Shown: piece by piece, positions 13,424-25,314 of the stretch | How positions within the stretch are numbered: position 1 is the stretch's first letter | How the letters are laid out: every line of letters starts with the position of its first letter | Source of the DNA: Vicugna vicugna | Taxonomy: Eukaryota | Direction: 5' to 3' | DNA: 64,000 nucleotides | Assembly (NCBI GenBank): GCA_013265495.1 | Contig: MU058384.1 | Location: 247,622 to 311,621 of the forward strand | The notes under the pieces: model-generated | The model's database searches: none | Told to the model about the DNA's origin: nothing | Seen by the model: the letters and a program-made list of their open reading frames with translations, nothing else | Translations under genes and position numbers: made by a program

Positions 13424-13940
13424 AGAGACAGGAAGGGGGCAGGGCACAGCCATTCAAGGGATGCTACAGAAATTAACATAAAAATGGTGGAAGGTTCAAT
13501 CCCCAGTAGGCCTTGAGGCTCAAGATGGTGAGAGATTTAACTTCTAGTAGACTTTGAGCTTCGTTATATGTTTATTGTAATATATTAGCATGGTGAATAA
13601 CATGCCTACAGGAACCATGACAGTCCCAAGGCTAGCCACAAAAAATCCAAGAGTGGGAAATGGCCAACTTCCTGGGAATTCCAGCCCCTTCCTCAGGCTA
13701 GTTAGACTGGTCCTTCCGCTTATTTGCATATGAAGCTACCAAAGCCCATAAAAACGGGTAACACTGCCCCTCATGTCCAATCTCTCTCTCTTCATTTGGA
13801 GACGGCCCACACTCTGTCTATGGAGTGTGTACCTACTTTTAATCTGAGCACCCAACACCTACACCTCGTGGCTTTCTCTTTCCTTTCAATGTATCTCTCT
13901 GAATAAATCTACCTTTACTCAAAAAAAAAAAAACCAAAAA
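13424..13940 (+). mobile_element. ERV1 LTR (MER41-like) U3-R, truncated at poly(A)
   Basis: Starts (a)gagacaggaagggggcagggc. TTCCTGGGAA at 13669-13678, ATTTGCAT at 13722-13729, TATA-like cataaaaa at ~13747, AATAAA at 13902-13907, A-run from 13921. No U5 or terminal CA. Confidence 0.75.
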
Positions 13941-14131
13941 ACTAAAAGTTACTAAAAATTCAGATAAATTCTTTATGTAAATGAAGATAAACATCTCAAT
14001 TTCATAATCAATGATTGTTCATGCATGCATAAGCATATATGTATATACATGTATACTCACATACATTACATATAACATGCTTTTTTTTTTTCCTAGAAAG
14101 CCAGCATAATAGAGTGGCTTGGCAGGTTACG

Positions 14132-14392
14132 TTTTTCTTTTTTCTTTTTTTTTTTTTCAGTTTTGTTTAGCTATAATTGACATACAGCACTGTATAAGTT
14201 TAACGTGGACAGCAAAATAATCTGACTTAACATATATTGCAAAATGGTTACTATTTTTCACTAACATTCATCACTTCATATAATTAACAGGAAAAAAAAA
14301 AACAACACTTTTTTCCCTGCAATGAGAACATTTAAGATCTTGTCTCTTAGCAGTTTTCAAGTATATCATATAGCAGTATTAACTATAGTCAT
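14132..14392 (-). mobile_element. L1 3' end (L1MA9/laurasiatherian type), inserted at the start of an MLT1 LTR
   Basis: Poly(T), then gctataattgacatacagcactgtataagttt...atgagaacatttaagatct...cagtattaactatagtca. Flanks gcaggttacgtttttc / gtagattgcttttttc. Confidence 0.85.
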
Positions 14393-14915
14393 GTAGATTG
14401 CTTTTTTCAAAGATGGCTAAAGTAGTATTTTCCATTATACATTCTGTTTTTACAATGCAATTTTGACAGTTGTCTCATTGTGAAGCGGAGGTTTTCTACT
14501 CTTGAGTCTGGATAGGTTTGTGAACCTGACAGAAATGGTGCTCTGTGACTTCTAAAGCTCGGTCATCAAAGACAAAATAGTTTCTGTTTGATTCTATTGA
14601 GACACCTTTCATTGAAATTGAGTCACTGTGCTGTGTGGAAGTCCAAGTAGACTGTGGAAAGGTTCACATGGAGAGAAAATAAGACAGCCCCCTGCCCTAA
14701 ATGTGCACACACAGTGGATCTCCTTGAGCTTCCAAGCTGTAGCCAGTATCAATTTTTCCAGCTATGTGACTGAGTCTTCTTGAAAGTGGATAACCCTGTC
14801 CTCTTTTAAGCTGTCCTCTTTAAGCTACCTCCTTTAAGAAGCTAGAAAGAAATAAACCAGCTTTGCACATACTCAGATATTTCAACAGAATAAATATTTG
14901 TTTTTGTTTTGTGTC
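14393..14915 (+). mobile_element. MaLR LTR (MLT1G/H-like), 3'-truncated
   Basis: agattgcttttttcaaagatggct start, ctctgtgacttctaaagctcggtcatcaaag, cacatggagagaaa, aataaatatttg. Confidence 0.75.
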
Positions 14916-17080
14916 ATGAAATTAGGTCATAAAAGGCAATTGAGTTTCCACTGGGTTTACTTGCAACACTTACCTTTAAAGTCCTGAGCACCCCACAAGA
15001 AATCCAGGGCTACTATGGCTACCATGCTGTCAGGATGCTCGAGTCACATAGAAGGCTATTTGTGGATGATTGACAGATTATCATCTTCTTGGTAGTCCCA
15101 GCTGATATCCCCAGTGGTGATCACCATCAGTTGCCAAGCATATAAATAAAGAAGCTGCTAGATGAGTCTTGCCCCACTCTGGCCAGTCATCTCTAAGCCT
15201 CTCACTGAGTCCTTACATAACAAGTTGGAGAGAGAAACCACCTCACTGTGTTCATTCTGAATTGGTGTCTCACAGCATATGTGAGCATAGTAAAATCGTT
15301 GTTCTAGCCATTAGCTTTTGGGGTAATGTTTTATAATATATAAACAGATAGCCATAATAGACTGTGGTACCAGTAATAGATGGTACCTTTACAAAATCTG
15401 AAATACGATGCAGTGCTGTTGGTCTGTATCAGTGGGAAGAAGCTGAAAGGACACTGAGGAAGCCATTAGTACAAGCCTAAAGGATGTCAAAGTGTCAGTG
15501 AAAGTATGAAGGACTGTGGTGAGGAGGCTGTGAGGGTTTAAAGGAAAGAGTGGAAAATGTTATTGGAAGCTGGAGGAAAGGAGACCTTTTTATGCTGAGG
15601 TAGAAAGTATAAAACTTACAACGATAGTAATGTAGAAAATAGAGGATATACTAAGAACCTGATGATCTAGATAAGGAGATTTCCAGGCAAAGATTTGAGT
15701 GTGCTGTCTATCATTTTCTAGCTGCCAAATATAAAATGAGAGAGGGGAAAATTTAGTGGAAATATAAATGATCCTAGACTTGCTCAGTTTGTAAATGAAA
15801 CTGCTTCTCATTCCTAACCTCCCTGGAAGAAGAATCATAAAGTAAAAAACAGCCATAGTTCGTAGATTAACTCCTAGACACCATCAGAAAAATGTCTCAT
15901 GGTAAAGATGAAACTAAGGGTACAACTTTAAAACCATTTGTTAAGACCTCAAAATGACCTCATAGACCCTTTAACACACACAAAAGGCCTTCAGAGTATC
16001 TTAATGGTATGCTCTGTGGCCATCTCTGTCAGATAATTGCGTTTCTAAGAATCTTGAAAGGCTTATCACATGGTAGAATCAAAGGGAACCACTGGTGAAA
16101 GGTTTTTGTGGATGTTGCCTTAGTCTAATGAAATATATTGAAAATTGATACCCCCGAAACCTAGATTTTTAAAAAAGAACTATCATTGTGTTGAAGGCAG
16201 GAGGACTATATAAAATAAAGAAAGGCTTTCACACTCCTTTAAGGAATATAGACAGGAAACAGTCTGAGAAAACCGCTCAGTGTCAAACACAGCTCATTTC
16301 TTATAGGAAAAGGAAGATGCCTCAGAAGACAAAACCAAGATGTCACAGCACAGAGCCTAGGGCCATTGAGAACTCCAGGCATGTGGATTTAGCCCTAAAC
16401 AATGAACTGTCCACGTACGCCTGGCTGGATTCTGAAAATTTTATGGAACAGTAACAGTTCTGTGTCTCCTGTTTTTGAAAGGGAGTGTCAACTGTTCTAT
16501 GCCTGTCCTATCATTGTGTGCTGCATATATGGGGAATATATAGTAATCTTTGGTTCACAGGTCATTAGTTTGAAAGAAATTGTTCCAGAGAGTTCTGCAC
16601 GAAGTGTGGGACCTAAAGAGCCTCATTTATAGCTGAATCTGATTTACTTGAGGAGACTCTGAACTTCGCTGGACTGATGTTGTAATAGAAGGCTGTAGGA
16701 GCTTTGGGGGGCAGGCATTGCTATATTTTGTATCTGAGAAGGAATGGATTGTTTTAGTTAGAAAGCAGACCAACAGATTGTATTTTCCAAAGATGGTCAC
16801 AATTATATCTCCTCTACTCTTCTTATGATGTGATTTTGACCTCTCTCCCTCCCACTGAGAATTGAGGTCGTATACTCCTTTTATTTTTGTTTTTAAATTA
16901 AGGCAGGCTTGTTACTATGGCAGCAATAATAAGACTATGGTACATCCAAAGATAGGTCATAAAAGGTAATGTGGCTTCCATCTGATTATCTTGGAACACT
17001 TGCTTTTATAGGCCTGAGCAACCATGAAATACATGTTGTGAAGAAATCAAGGCCACATGGAGAGACTGTGTAGGTGAAGC
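14916..17080 (+). mobile_element. MLT1H-like MaLR with 5' LTR (to ~15360), internal region (~15361-16769) and partial 3' LTR (from ~16770)
   Basis: Both LTRs share taggtcataaaaggYaat...ttcca...acactt...cctgagca. The internal part starts gactgtggtacc and carries the MLT1-int motif ggaaaatgttattggaagctggaggaaaggagacc. Confidence 0.8.
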
Positions 17081-17099
17081 CCTCACCTTCTGCATCATT

Positions 17100-18300
17100 A
17101 AATTTAACGGATTTACATTTTTTATAATCAACATATTAAGATTTATGTGTCATGTTTTATATTCAATGCATTTTTTCTCATTTTAAGAATTTTAAAATTT
17201 CTTCTTTTGATTTGAAAATATTAAATATATTTTTAAGTTTGGTATTTGCTTGTAAGGTATTAAAACTCTGTCATGTGGGGCAATGAATAGCTGTATTATT
17301 GGAAAAAAAGCCTCTGTTTGGATTTCCTTGATGTTTTTTAATCATTGGTTTCTTTATCTTTCTCTTGAGCCAGACTAAACATTACTTTAAGGTTCTCTTT
17401 GGTCCCACACATCTCTTCATCTCACAATATTAATGTCTTCTGCAGTTTTAGTCTACAGCAATAGAGATATAATTTCCATTTCTTTTCCATTTTTATTCTT
17501 ACTGTTTTTAAATGACAATAAGTTTTATTAAATTGTTCACTCACCCTTATTTAATTAAGCGTTTTCCTCTATTAATATCAATTCAATAGCACATCCTCCA
17601 ATAAGTATTTTTGTATGATAAAATTCCTGAGGTATCTTCAATTTCATCTTTATTTAATATGTCAGTTTAGTTTGCCAAAAAATAATAGTATCATACAGTT
17701 CTTCATCTTTTACACTTTGAAACTACTATTCCATTGTCTTCTTGCCCTTAGTGTTGTTTATAAATCTAGTAATGATTTGATTAGAATGTTTTTCATTTTT
17801 TTAGAAAATCTGTTTCAGTATTATGTGTCTGGTTGTGGCTTTTTAAAAGAGCATGTCTTTATACTAGAAGACTTTTTAATATGAGATATTTCATCTCTCT
17901 CTAGTATTTGGATCTCTTCAATCTTTACTGCTTCAGATATTTCCTCTGCTCTGTATATATTTTAACTCCCTCTAGGACTCTTATTTTAGGGAGTCGAATG
18001 TCTATTTCTGTCCTATAGATACCTCAAGTTCCTATCTTTTCCATGCTTTTTATTCTTTTCTGATGATTTCTGGAAGGCTTTTTAAACTTAATGTTCCAGT
18101 TCAATAATATAGCACTTTTGGCTGTATTATTCAGTTATAAAATCCTTCTACTGAATACTTTATTTCTAATACAAGTATTATATTTTTATGAAAACTATTT
18201 CCATTTGGTGCTTCTTTATAATTTTCTCACCTTCCTTCATGTTACCAATAGTTTTTTTAATAGTTTTTCTTTCCTTTTTTTTCAAATATTTGAGTTTTCT
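17100..18300 (-). mobile_element. Old L1 (L1ME-like) ORF1-region remnant
   Basis: T-rich, with acactttgaaactactattccattgtcttcttgc, an antisense ORF1 motif. Confidence 0.6.
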
Positions 18301-18723
18301 ATATATCAAAACTTTTTTATAACCCTTAGGGGATTATCAACAACCAGATCAGAAAATAGAATACAGAAATAGGGGCTGAAGCCCCAAACGTTGCTTGTCC
18401 TAGTGAATTTAATAGCTGGGTTGAAAACAGTCAAGAACAGACAGGCAGCTGCTCTGAGATTGCCTACCTTCAGATTTTCCACCCCACCTCCCAAAAGGGA
18501 ACTGCTGATCAATTCTTGGTATATACGTTTATGAAGTGAATGTCCCGCTTGTTTGTTATTCTAGCCTTTGAGCATTGGAAGGAGGGGGAAGGCAGCAGGG
18601 ACTAAGGCCTCATGAGGCCCATTTGAGGCCCTCTCCTGAGCCAGACTCGCAGAATCCTGATGCTTCTCTTCATTGGGGTCAGTTTTACTAGGCAATCCTA
18701 AACACCAGTAAAATATATTTTCT

Positions 18724-18871
18724 TTTTTATTGTGGAATAATTGACATACCTTATATTAATTTCAGGTATACAACATAGTGACTTGGTATTTGTGTGTATT
18801 GCAAAGTGATCACCACATTTTCTACCATCATCTCTATGTTAGGGTTAGTTTGTGCTAAGTGATACTGAATG
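18724..18871 (-). mobile_element. Short L1 3' end with 19-bp TSD
   Basis: ttattgtggaataattgacatac...tttcaggtatacaacatagtga. TSD ccagtaaaatatattttct (18705-18723) / ccagcaaaatacattttct (18872-18890). Confidence 0.85.
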
Positions 18872-19129
18872 CCAGCAAAATACATTTTCTGTTCACCTCA
18901 CCCAGACTATTATTTAAGTATAAAGTTGTGCTTTTAAAAATAGCATATTTCAGCAGTTGCCAGTGTGCTTTCTATTGGATTAGTTCTTCCCTTTAAATTT
19001 AAAGAGCACTATGCAGAGAAAGGAGAGACTAAGAGAAAACTAAGCCCTGGTATCTCATGTCTGTTGTATGTTTCACTGTGGACTAATTCATTCCTTAATT
19101 ATCCCAAGAAATCAGTGTTTTAATTTTAA

Positions 19130-19442
19130 TATATATTTTTAACTCTGTCCACAAGTTTTTTGCTGCTCCTCCCTTCAAGAGGTGGAGAATAATCCCACAT
19201 CCCTTTTTTGTGGGCTGCATTTAAGGATTTGCTTCTAACAGATAGAATTAACCAGAAGTAACCATGTATGTGTATGTCTTTAGGGACTAGACCATGAAAG
19301 ACACTGTAGCCTTCTCCTCGCACTCCTGCTCTGTCTCTCCGTCTCTCTCTCTCCCTCTGTTTCTCTCTCTCTCTTAATTTGCTCTCTGAGAGGGTGAGTT
19401 GCCAGGTGTGAGGATGCTTAAGCATTCTATAGAAGAGATCCT
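19130..19442 (+). mobile_element. MaLR LTR fragment (MLT1F-like)
   Basis: gtccacaagttttttgctgctcctcccttcaagaggtggag...ttgcttctaacagatagaat...gccaggtgtgaggatgcttaagc. Confidence 0.75.
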
Positions 19443-19539
19443 GTTAATAAGCTAATGCAATTGGGTTTAATTTCTCTATTTTTATAATATTTGTTATTCT
19501 CATTGTCTTTGAAATAAGATGAATATTAAGAGCATTCTT

Positions 19540-20240
19540 GGTTTTGTAAGAAACCACAAAACTGTCTTCCAAAGGGGCTATATCATGTGTGATTCCACCA
19601 GCAATTAATGAAGAATTCCTGTTGCTTCACACCTCACTGGCATTTGGTGCTGTCAGTGTTTTGGATTTTGCCCATGTTAATAGATGGGTAGTAATATCTC
19701 ATTGTTGTTTTAATTTGTGTTTGTCTAATGACAAAGCATGTTGAACATCTTTTCATATTCTTATTTACCATCTATATATCTTCTTTGGTGAGTTGCCTGT
19801 TAAGATCTTTTGCCCATTTGTTAATTTTCTTATCATTGAACTTTAAGAGTTCTTTGTATGTTTTCTACACTAATCCTTTATCAGATATGTCTTTGTAGAT
19901 ATTTTCTTCCCATCTCTGGCTTAACTTTAAATTCTCTTGACAATGTCTTTGACAGATCAGATGCTTTTAATTTTAATGACATTCAGCTTATCAATGATTT
20001 CTTTCATGGATCATGCCTTACATCTTGTATCTAAAACATCATCTCTATATCCAAGTTTATCTAGATTTTCTTGTGTTATTTCCTTGCATTTTACATTTAG
20101 ATGTATGGTCCATTTTGAGATAATTTATATGAAGAGTACAATGTCTGTGTCTTGACTTATTGTTTTGCATGTGGGTGTCCAGTTATTCCAATACCATTTT
20201 TGCAAAGACTGTCTTTTCTCCATTTACTGACTTTGTCTAT
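19540..20240 (-). mobile_element. L1 ORF2 C-terminal fragment
   Basis: aaactgtcttccaaaggggctatatc...ccaccagcaattaatgaagaattcctgttgc...atcctttatcagatatg, antisense L1. Confidence 0.85.
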
Positions 20241-20249
20241 CATATTTTT

Positions 20250-21520
20250 TAAAAATCCGTTTTGTTTAGGTATAATTTATATATCATGAATTTAATCAGT
20301 TTTTAGCATAAGATTAGATGCCCTTTGACAAATGATTTAGTGTGGAGCTACCACCGTAATCATAATGAAGATTATCTTCATCATTTGAAATAGTGCCCTG
20401 GGGCCTCTTTGTAGTTAATTCCATTCCCCCAGTCCCAGGCTGTGGCAAGCAGTAATTTGATTTCTGTCATTATAGATTTGTCTTTTTGCAAATTACATAT
20501 ATAAGGAAATATACATTAAATTATCTTCCTTGTATGTCTTTTCACTTAGAACAATTCTTTTGAGATTTATTTGAGTTGAGTGAATTGATTATAGTTTGGG
20601 GTTTTATGTATATATCTACTATAAACGTTTCAAAACAGATCCTCATGTGAACATACATTCATTTTCTTCAACATACAATTACAGTGGGATTTCTGAGTCA
20701 CACGATAAGTACACATACAACTGTATGAGAAATGTTAAATACCTTTTTGCATTCTCACCAACACTGTATGAGAGTTCCAGTGGCTCCTCATTCTCACCCA
20801 CACTTGCTATGTTCAGACTCTTTAGTTTTTGCTGTTCTGCTGGGTGTGCACAAGTATCTTATTGTGGCTTTAATTTGTATGTACCTAATGACTAATGGTG
20901 TTGGATGCCTTTTTAATGTACTTTGAGTATTTGTTTTTGGTAAAATGTCCAGTAAAATATTTTACCTACTTTTACTATTTGTTCATTTAATAAGAGTTAT
21001 CATTACTGTAATTGAAGGGTTCTTTATATATTTTGAATAGAAACTCTTTATCAGATATATGATTTGCAAGTATTTTATCCCAGACTCAGAAGTGAATTTT
21101 TTTCTTCACAGTTTATTGTGAAGAGCAGAAGTCAAATTTTTATGAAATCCAAATGTTATATCCTATAGTCCTTTATGTAGACCAAGGACTTTTTTTTTCC
21201 TCTCTGTTCTAGAAATTGTATAATTTGACCTCTTACATTCACTTCCATGTTCCATTTTGAGTTAATTTTTGTCTATAGTGTGAGTTATGGGATGCAGTTC
21301 ATTCTTTTAGATCTAGATGTCTAATGTTTTCAGAACTTTTTATTTTCCTTTTTTTGGGTAAAGACTACTTTTTCCTCTTTCCTCATTTTTTTGGGAAAGA
21401 CTACACCTTATTTGTTGTGGAAGGCAAATTGACCATATATGTCTCATTTGGACTCTATAATCTGTTCCCACTGATCCATGTAAGTCTCCTTACTCCAAAA
21501 CTACAGTACAAATTACTTTA
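20250..21520 (-). mobile_element. L1 (L1MB/ME-like) 3' UTR and ORF2 end
   Basis: aggtataatttatatatcatgaattt...cattctcaccaacactgtatgagagttccagtggct...ctctttatcagatatatgatttgcaagtatttt. Confidence 0.8.
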
Positions 21521-22321
21521 AACATGTGTATTATTTCTTAGCAATTTATATTACTGGTGTAGTGAAGCAAAACTCAAGGAAAAAAAACTGGATTCACATA
21601 TACAGTAAAGATCTGCAATGCTTATTTGGAAGTGTTTAGGGAAACTAGAGACTTTTTCCCCCCAAATATAGAGGGGTATAAATAATCATTTAGCAGATTT
21701 TAATAAGTGAAAATATATGATCATGTAAGAACAAATTATTGGCTTGTTTGTATTGCCATTAATAGAGTTACAAAATATAAAAATCTAGATATAATGACTG
21801 TAATGGTTCACTGTGAATGATTTATATTTGACATAAAGATCATTTTGATTTTATAGACTCTTCAAAATTTTAGCTATCCTTCTCAAAAATGATCTCTTAT
21901 AAAGGTCATTAAAATATATGATGGCTATTATTTTTTCACACCAAGGAAATACAATGTCACAACATCACTAACATTAAACTTTTGTACTCAGATATTCCAC
22001 TAAAATTCTCCATGTTTCTTAAAAGTCATATCTCTATTTAATGTAAGTACAAAATTAAAGACTTGCTTCAGTGATTTCCATATTTATTTGTCTTACAAAA
22101 CCCATAATTAACAGAAAGAGTAAAACAAAATGAGACACAATCTTGTTTGGTATGAATAATATTATATTGGGATTCAGAAATCTTAGATTTTTGGCCTTGT
22201 TTTCCCAGTAACTACCCAATATTTTTTGTATATAAACTCTAGAGTCTTAGTTTTCTCACTGGTAAGTGATAAAAACTGTACCCAGTATATCTTGGTAATT
22301 TTTTGTTTCAAATAATGATCA

Positions 22322-22780
22322 GCACTTCAGTTACAGCTCATACAGAGAGATGAAAACAGGGCAACTCCTGCACTCATAGGAGAATGAAAGAATAAATTGA
22401 AAATTAATTACTTTTCTTGAACGTATAAGAGACTGAGATCATAGGATAAACAACTAACCTGAAATCTAAAGACTGAGAAGCAGGGAGACACAGAACCTAA
22501 GTATCTGCCTAGTTGGCACAGATACCACCTACAACCATCTAAGCCAGTGAGAAAATAGAGCTGGAAATTTGTGATACATTGCTAAAGGCCAAATGGGAAC
22601 CCACAGACACAGGAGACTGTGCATCCTTTTGCAGGCTTTTCCTCCAGGAATATCACAAAAAGCTCAAAGAGCTATTTGGGAAACACATGAGAAAACTTCC
22701 CTCATGGTGCTAGTTTGGGGATGAGAGTAGCAGCCACTTTCAAATTTGGCCTGGAATCCATCTCCCTAACTTCTATTTTG
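22322..22780 (+). mobile_element. Old L1 5' UTR fragment (L1M 5' end)
   Basis: cacttcagttacagc...aataaattgaaaattaattacttttcttgaac...aactaacctgaaatctaaagactg. Confidence 0.6.
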
Positions 22781-22809
22781 TCTTTCATCTGGCAAGTTCC
22801 TTTTTTTTT

Positions 22810-23540
22810 GTTTCACTTTTTAAAAAAAAATTTGATTTTTGCGATAATTACATTTTAACAAGAAGTTGAAACGGTAAAGGATGGCACAGAGAGGTTCTGT
22901 GTATCTTTCATGTGGTTACCCTAAATGGTTATTATATCTTATTACTGCCTATAGTACCATACCCAAACTAGGAAATTGACATTGGTACAATGTGTATATG
23001 TAGCATACATCACTTTATAATGTGCAGAGTCATGTAACCTCACCACAGGCTTGATAGAAAACTGTTCCATCCACAATGATCTCCAACCTTTCTCTTCAAT
23101 ATCCCTAGCCCTTGGAAAACCACTAGTTTGTTCTCCATCTCTATATCTGTGTCATTCCAGAATGTTACATAAATAGAATAGCATGCTATGTAATTTTCTG
23201 ATATAAGATTTTTTTAACTCAACATAATGCTCTTGAGATCCATCCAAATTGTTACATGTGTCAATAGTTTGTTCTTTTTTATTACTGTTTACTATTCCAT
23301 GGTGTGGATTTACCACATGTTTATTTAGCTATCTACTCATTGTGGAACATTTGGGTTATTTCTATTTGACTACTACACATAAAACTACTATGAAAAATCA
23401 CATACAGTTTTTTGTGTGGATATAAGTTTTTGTATCTCTAGGAAAAATTCCCAGAAGTGTGATTGCTGAGTCATATGGTAAACGTATGTGCAATGTGTTC
23501 TTCCAGAGTGGCTGTACCATCTTACATTCCCACCAGCCAT
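22810..23540 (-). mobile_element. L1MC-like 3' end
   Basis: cagagaggttctgtgtatctttca...aaactaggaaattgacattggtacaatg. Minus ORF WWECKMVQPLWKN..LPYDSAITLLGIFPRDTKTYIHTKNCM matches the L1 ORF2 C-terminus. Confidence 0.9.
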
Positions 23541-24560
23541 ATTTACAGAAAAAAATGGAAAGACAGTGGATTTGAGGTATATAAACCACTAACAAATTGA
23601 CAAGAAAGAAGAAAACCAACTCCTGCAAAATAGAAAAATATGTAAATGCCAAATCAGAAAAGAAAAAGTGCAAGTAGCAATTAAACACCTGAAAAGATAA
23701 TCAGCTTATTAGTAAACAGGGAATTAATTAACAGCTAATATATAGTAAGATACTAATTCATGATAACAAGTTGGCAAGAAATTTAATATTCTCATGATAG
23801 TAAATATTGGAACTTTTCTTTCTTTTTTTTTTTTTGCAGAATTGTCTTCGGGCATCATCATTTTAAGGAGCAATTTAGCATTATCTGGGTGAAGTCAAAG
23901 ATGCAGCTATAGCACAATACAGTAGAAGCATCACTGGGTATGTACCCGAGAGAACCTCTTACGTATGTACGTAAAGATTTAGTAGATGCTATTGATGCCT
24001 GGCTCATGTCCCTTGGCCTTCCTCAGTTCACCTACTGCTTCTGTAAACAGCTACTGACCTGCTGCCAGAACTTATTCTTGTTTTGAGGGGTCTTCTTTTC
24101 TGATTGAGCCCTTTCTCTCAAAACAAATGGGACATAAATGATGGACGTGGGAGCAATCATGAAGTGCCTGTGTGAACACTGCTCAGGGCAGCTCTCAACA
24201 TAGGGCTGGGGAGGTGGTAGCTAAATGCTCCAGCCTCCTTGTAAAGTAATCCTGAGGCATGTTCCACACAATCCTCAGTGGAACTGCATCCCAGTTGCTC
24301 ACGGTGGTATTCACCTTATTAAAACATACTTTATTGCCCATTCTCTCTTTCCTGTTTTCCTTTTCCTATTTCCTCATTTGTGGAGCCCAGGATACCCTCT
24401 GAAATAAATTGTCTGTATCCAAATTCTTGGCTCAATTGAATTTGGTAGGAGGGCACTCAAACTGGAACAAGAGTATAAGAATGTTTATTGCAGTATGGTT
24501 TGTAATAATGAAAAATTAGGAAAAATCTTGTTTCATACTATGGTAGCAAAATGAATCAAG
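23541..24560 (+). mobile_element. Old L1 (L1ME-like) ORF2 end, interrupted by an LTR16-like element
   Basis: caatagaaaaatatg...taaacacctgaaaagataatcagc...gagcaatttagcattatc, resuming after the LTR at gtataagaatgtttattgcagtatggtttgtaataat. Confidence 0.65.
23980..24469 (+). mobile_element. ERVL LTR (LTR16-like), solo
   Basis: taaatgctccagcctcc...ctgaggcatgttccacaca...cccagttgctcacggtgg...aataaattgtctgtatccaaattcttggctc...caaactggaaca. Confidence 0.8.
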
Positions 24561-24884
24561 AGTTTATTTTAACATTTAGAAGAATTAAGAGTTTGTATTA
24601 GCGTAATACTCCCTAAATTGGAAACATTAATTCTTAAATTTAATTTATATTATCACCTTATTTGGGATCAATACAAGGAATGTCAAAATTTGGTATGACG
24701 GTAGAGCACACATTCAAGTGACTAACGAGTAATGGGATTAAATGCTTACTTGGAAATAAATACAGTTATCAAGTTCTGAGTGAGTGACCGTGATGATGTC
24801 CATTCCCAGACAATTCCAACAAACCAAATAGAAAGTAGATACTGTATTTCTTTGGTGAATCAACAATTCAGTTTTATGTTACTT

Positions 24885-25314
24885 TGTACTGGTCGCTCAG
24901 GCTGCCATAATGAAACGTCACAGACTGGGTAGCTTAAACAACAGAAGTTTATTTTATCAGAGTTCTGGTGACTGAACATCCAAGATCAAGGTGCCAGCAG
25001 GGTTATCATCTGGTGAGCGCTCTCCCTTTGGGTTGCAGCCAGCTGCCCTTTTGCTTTGCGTTTACTTGACCTCTTCTTTGTGGATGCTCTGATGGGGAGA
25101 GACCTAGAGGAGTGAGAGTGAGGGGGGTGGAGGCAGAAGCTTGCTGCTGATTCTTTTTTTGAGGACACTAATCCTGTCAGGTCAGGGCTCTACCCTTAAG
25201 ATCTTATTTAACCTTAATTACTTCCTTAGAGGCCCCATTTCCAAAGGCAATCACAATAGGGGTTAGGGCTTCAACACATGAATTTTAGAGGGCACAAACA
25301 CTTAGTTCATAACA
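24885..25314 (-). mobile_element. MaLR solo LTR (MLT1A/B-like), full length
   Basis: TG...CA ends and TSD tactt/tacat. cagactgggtagcttaaacaacagaagtttattt and gttagggcttcaacacatgaattt are present. Confidence 0.92.
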
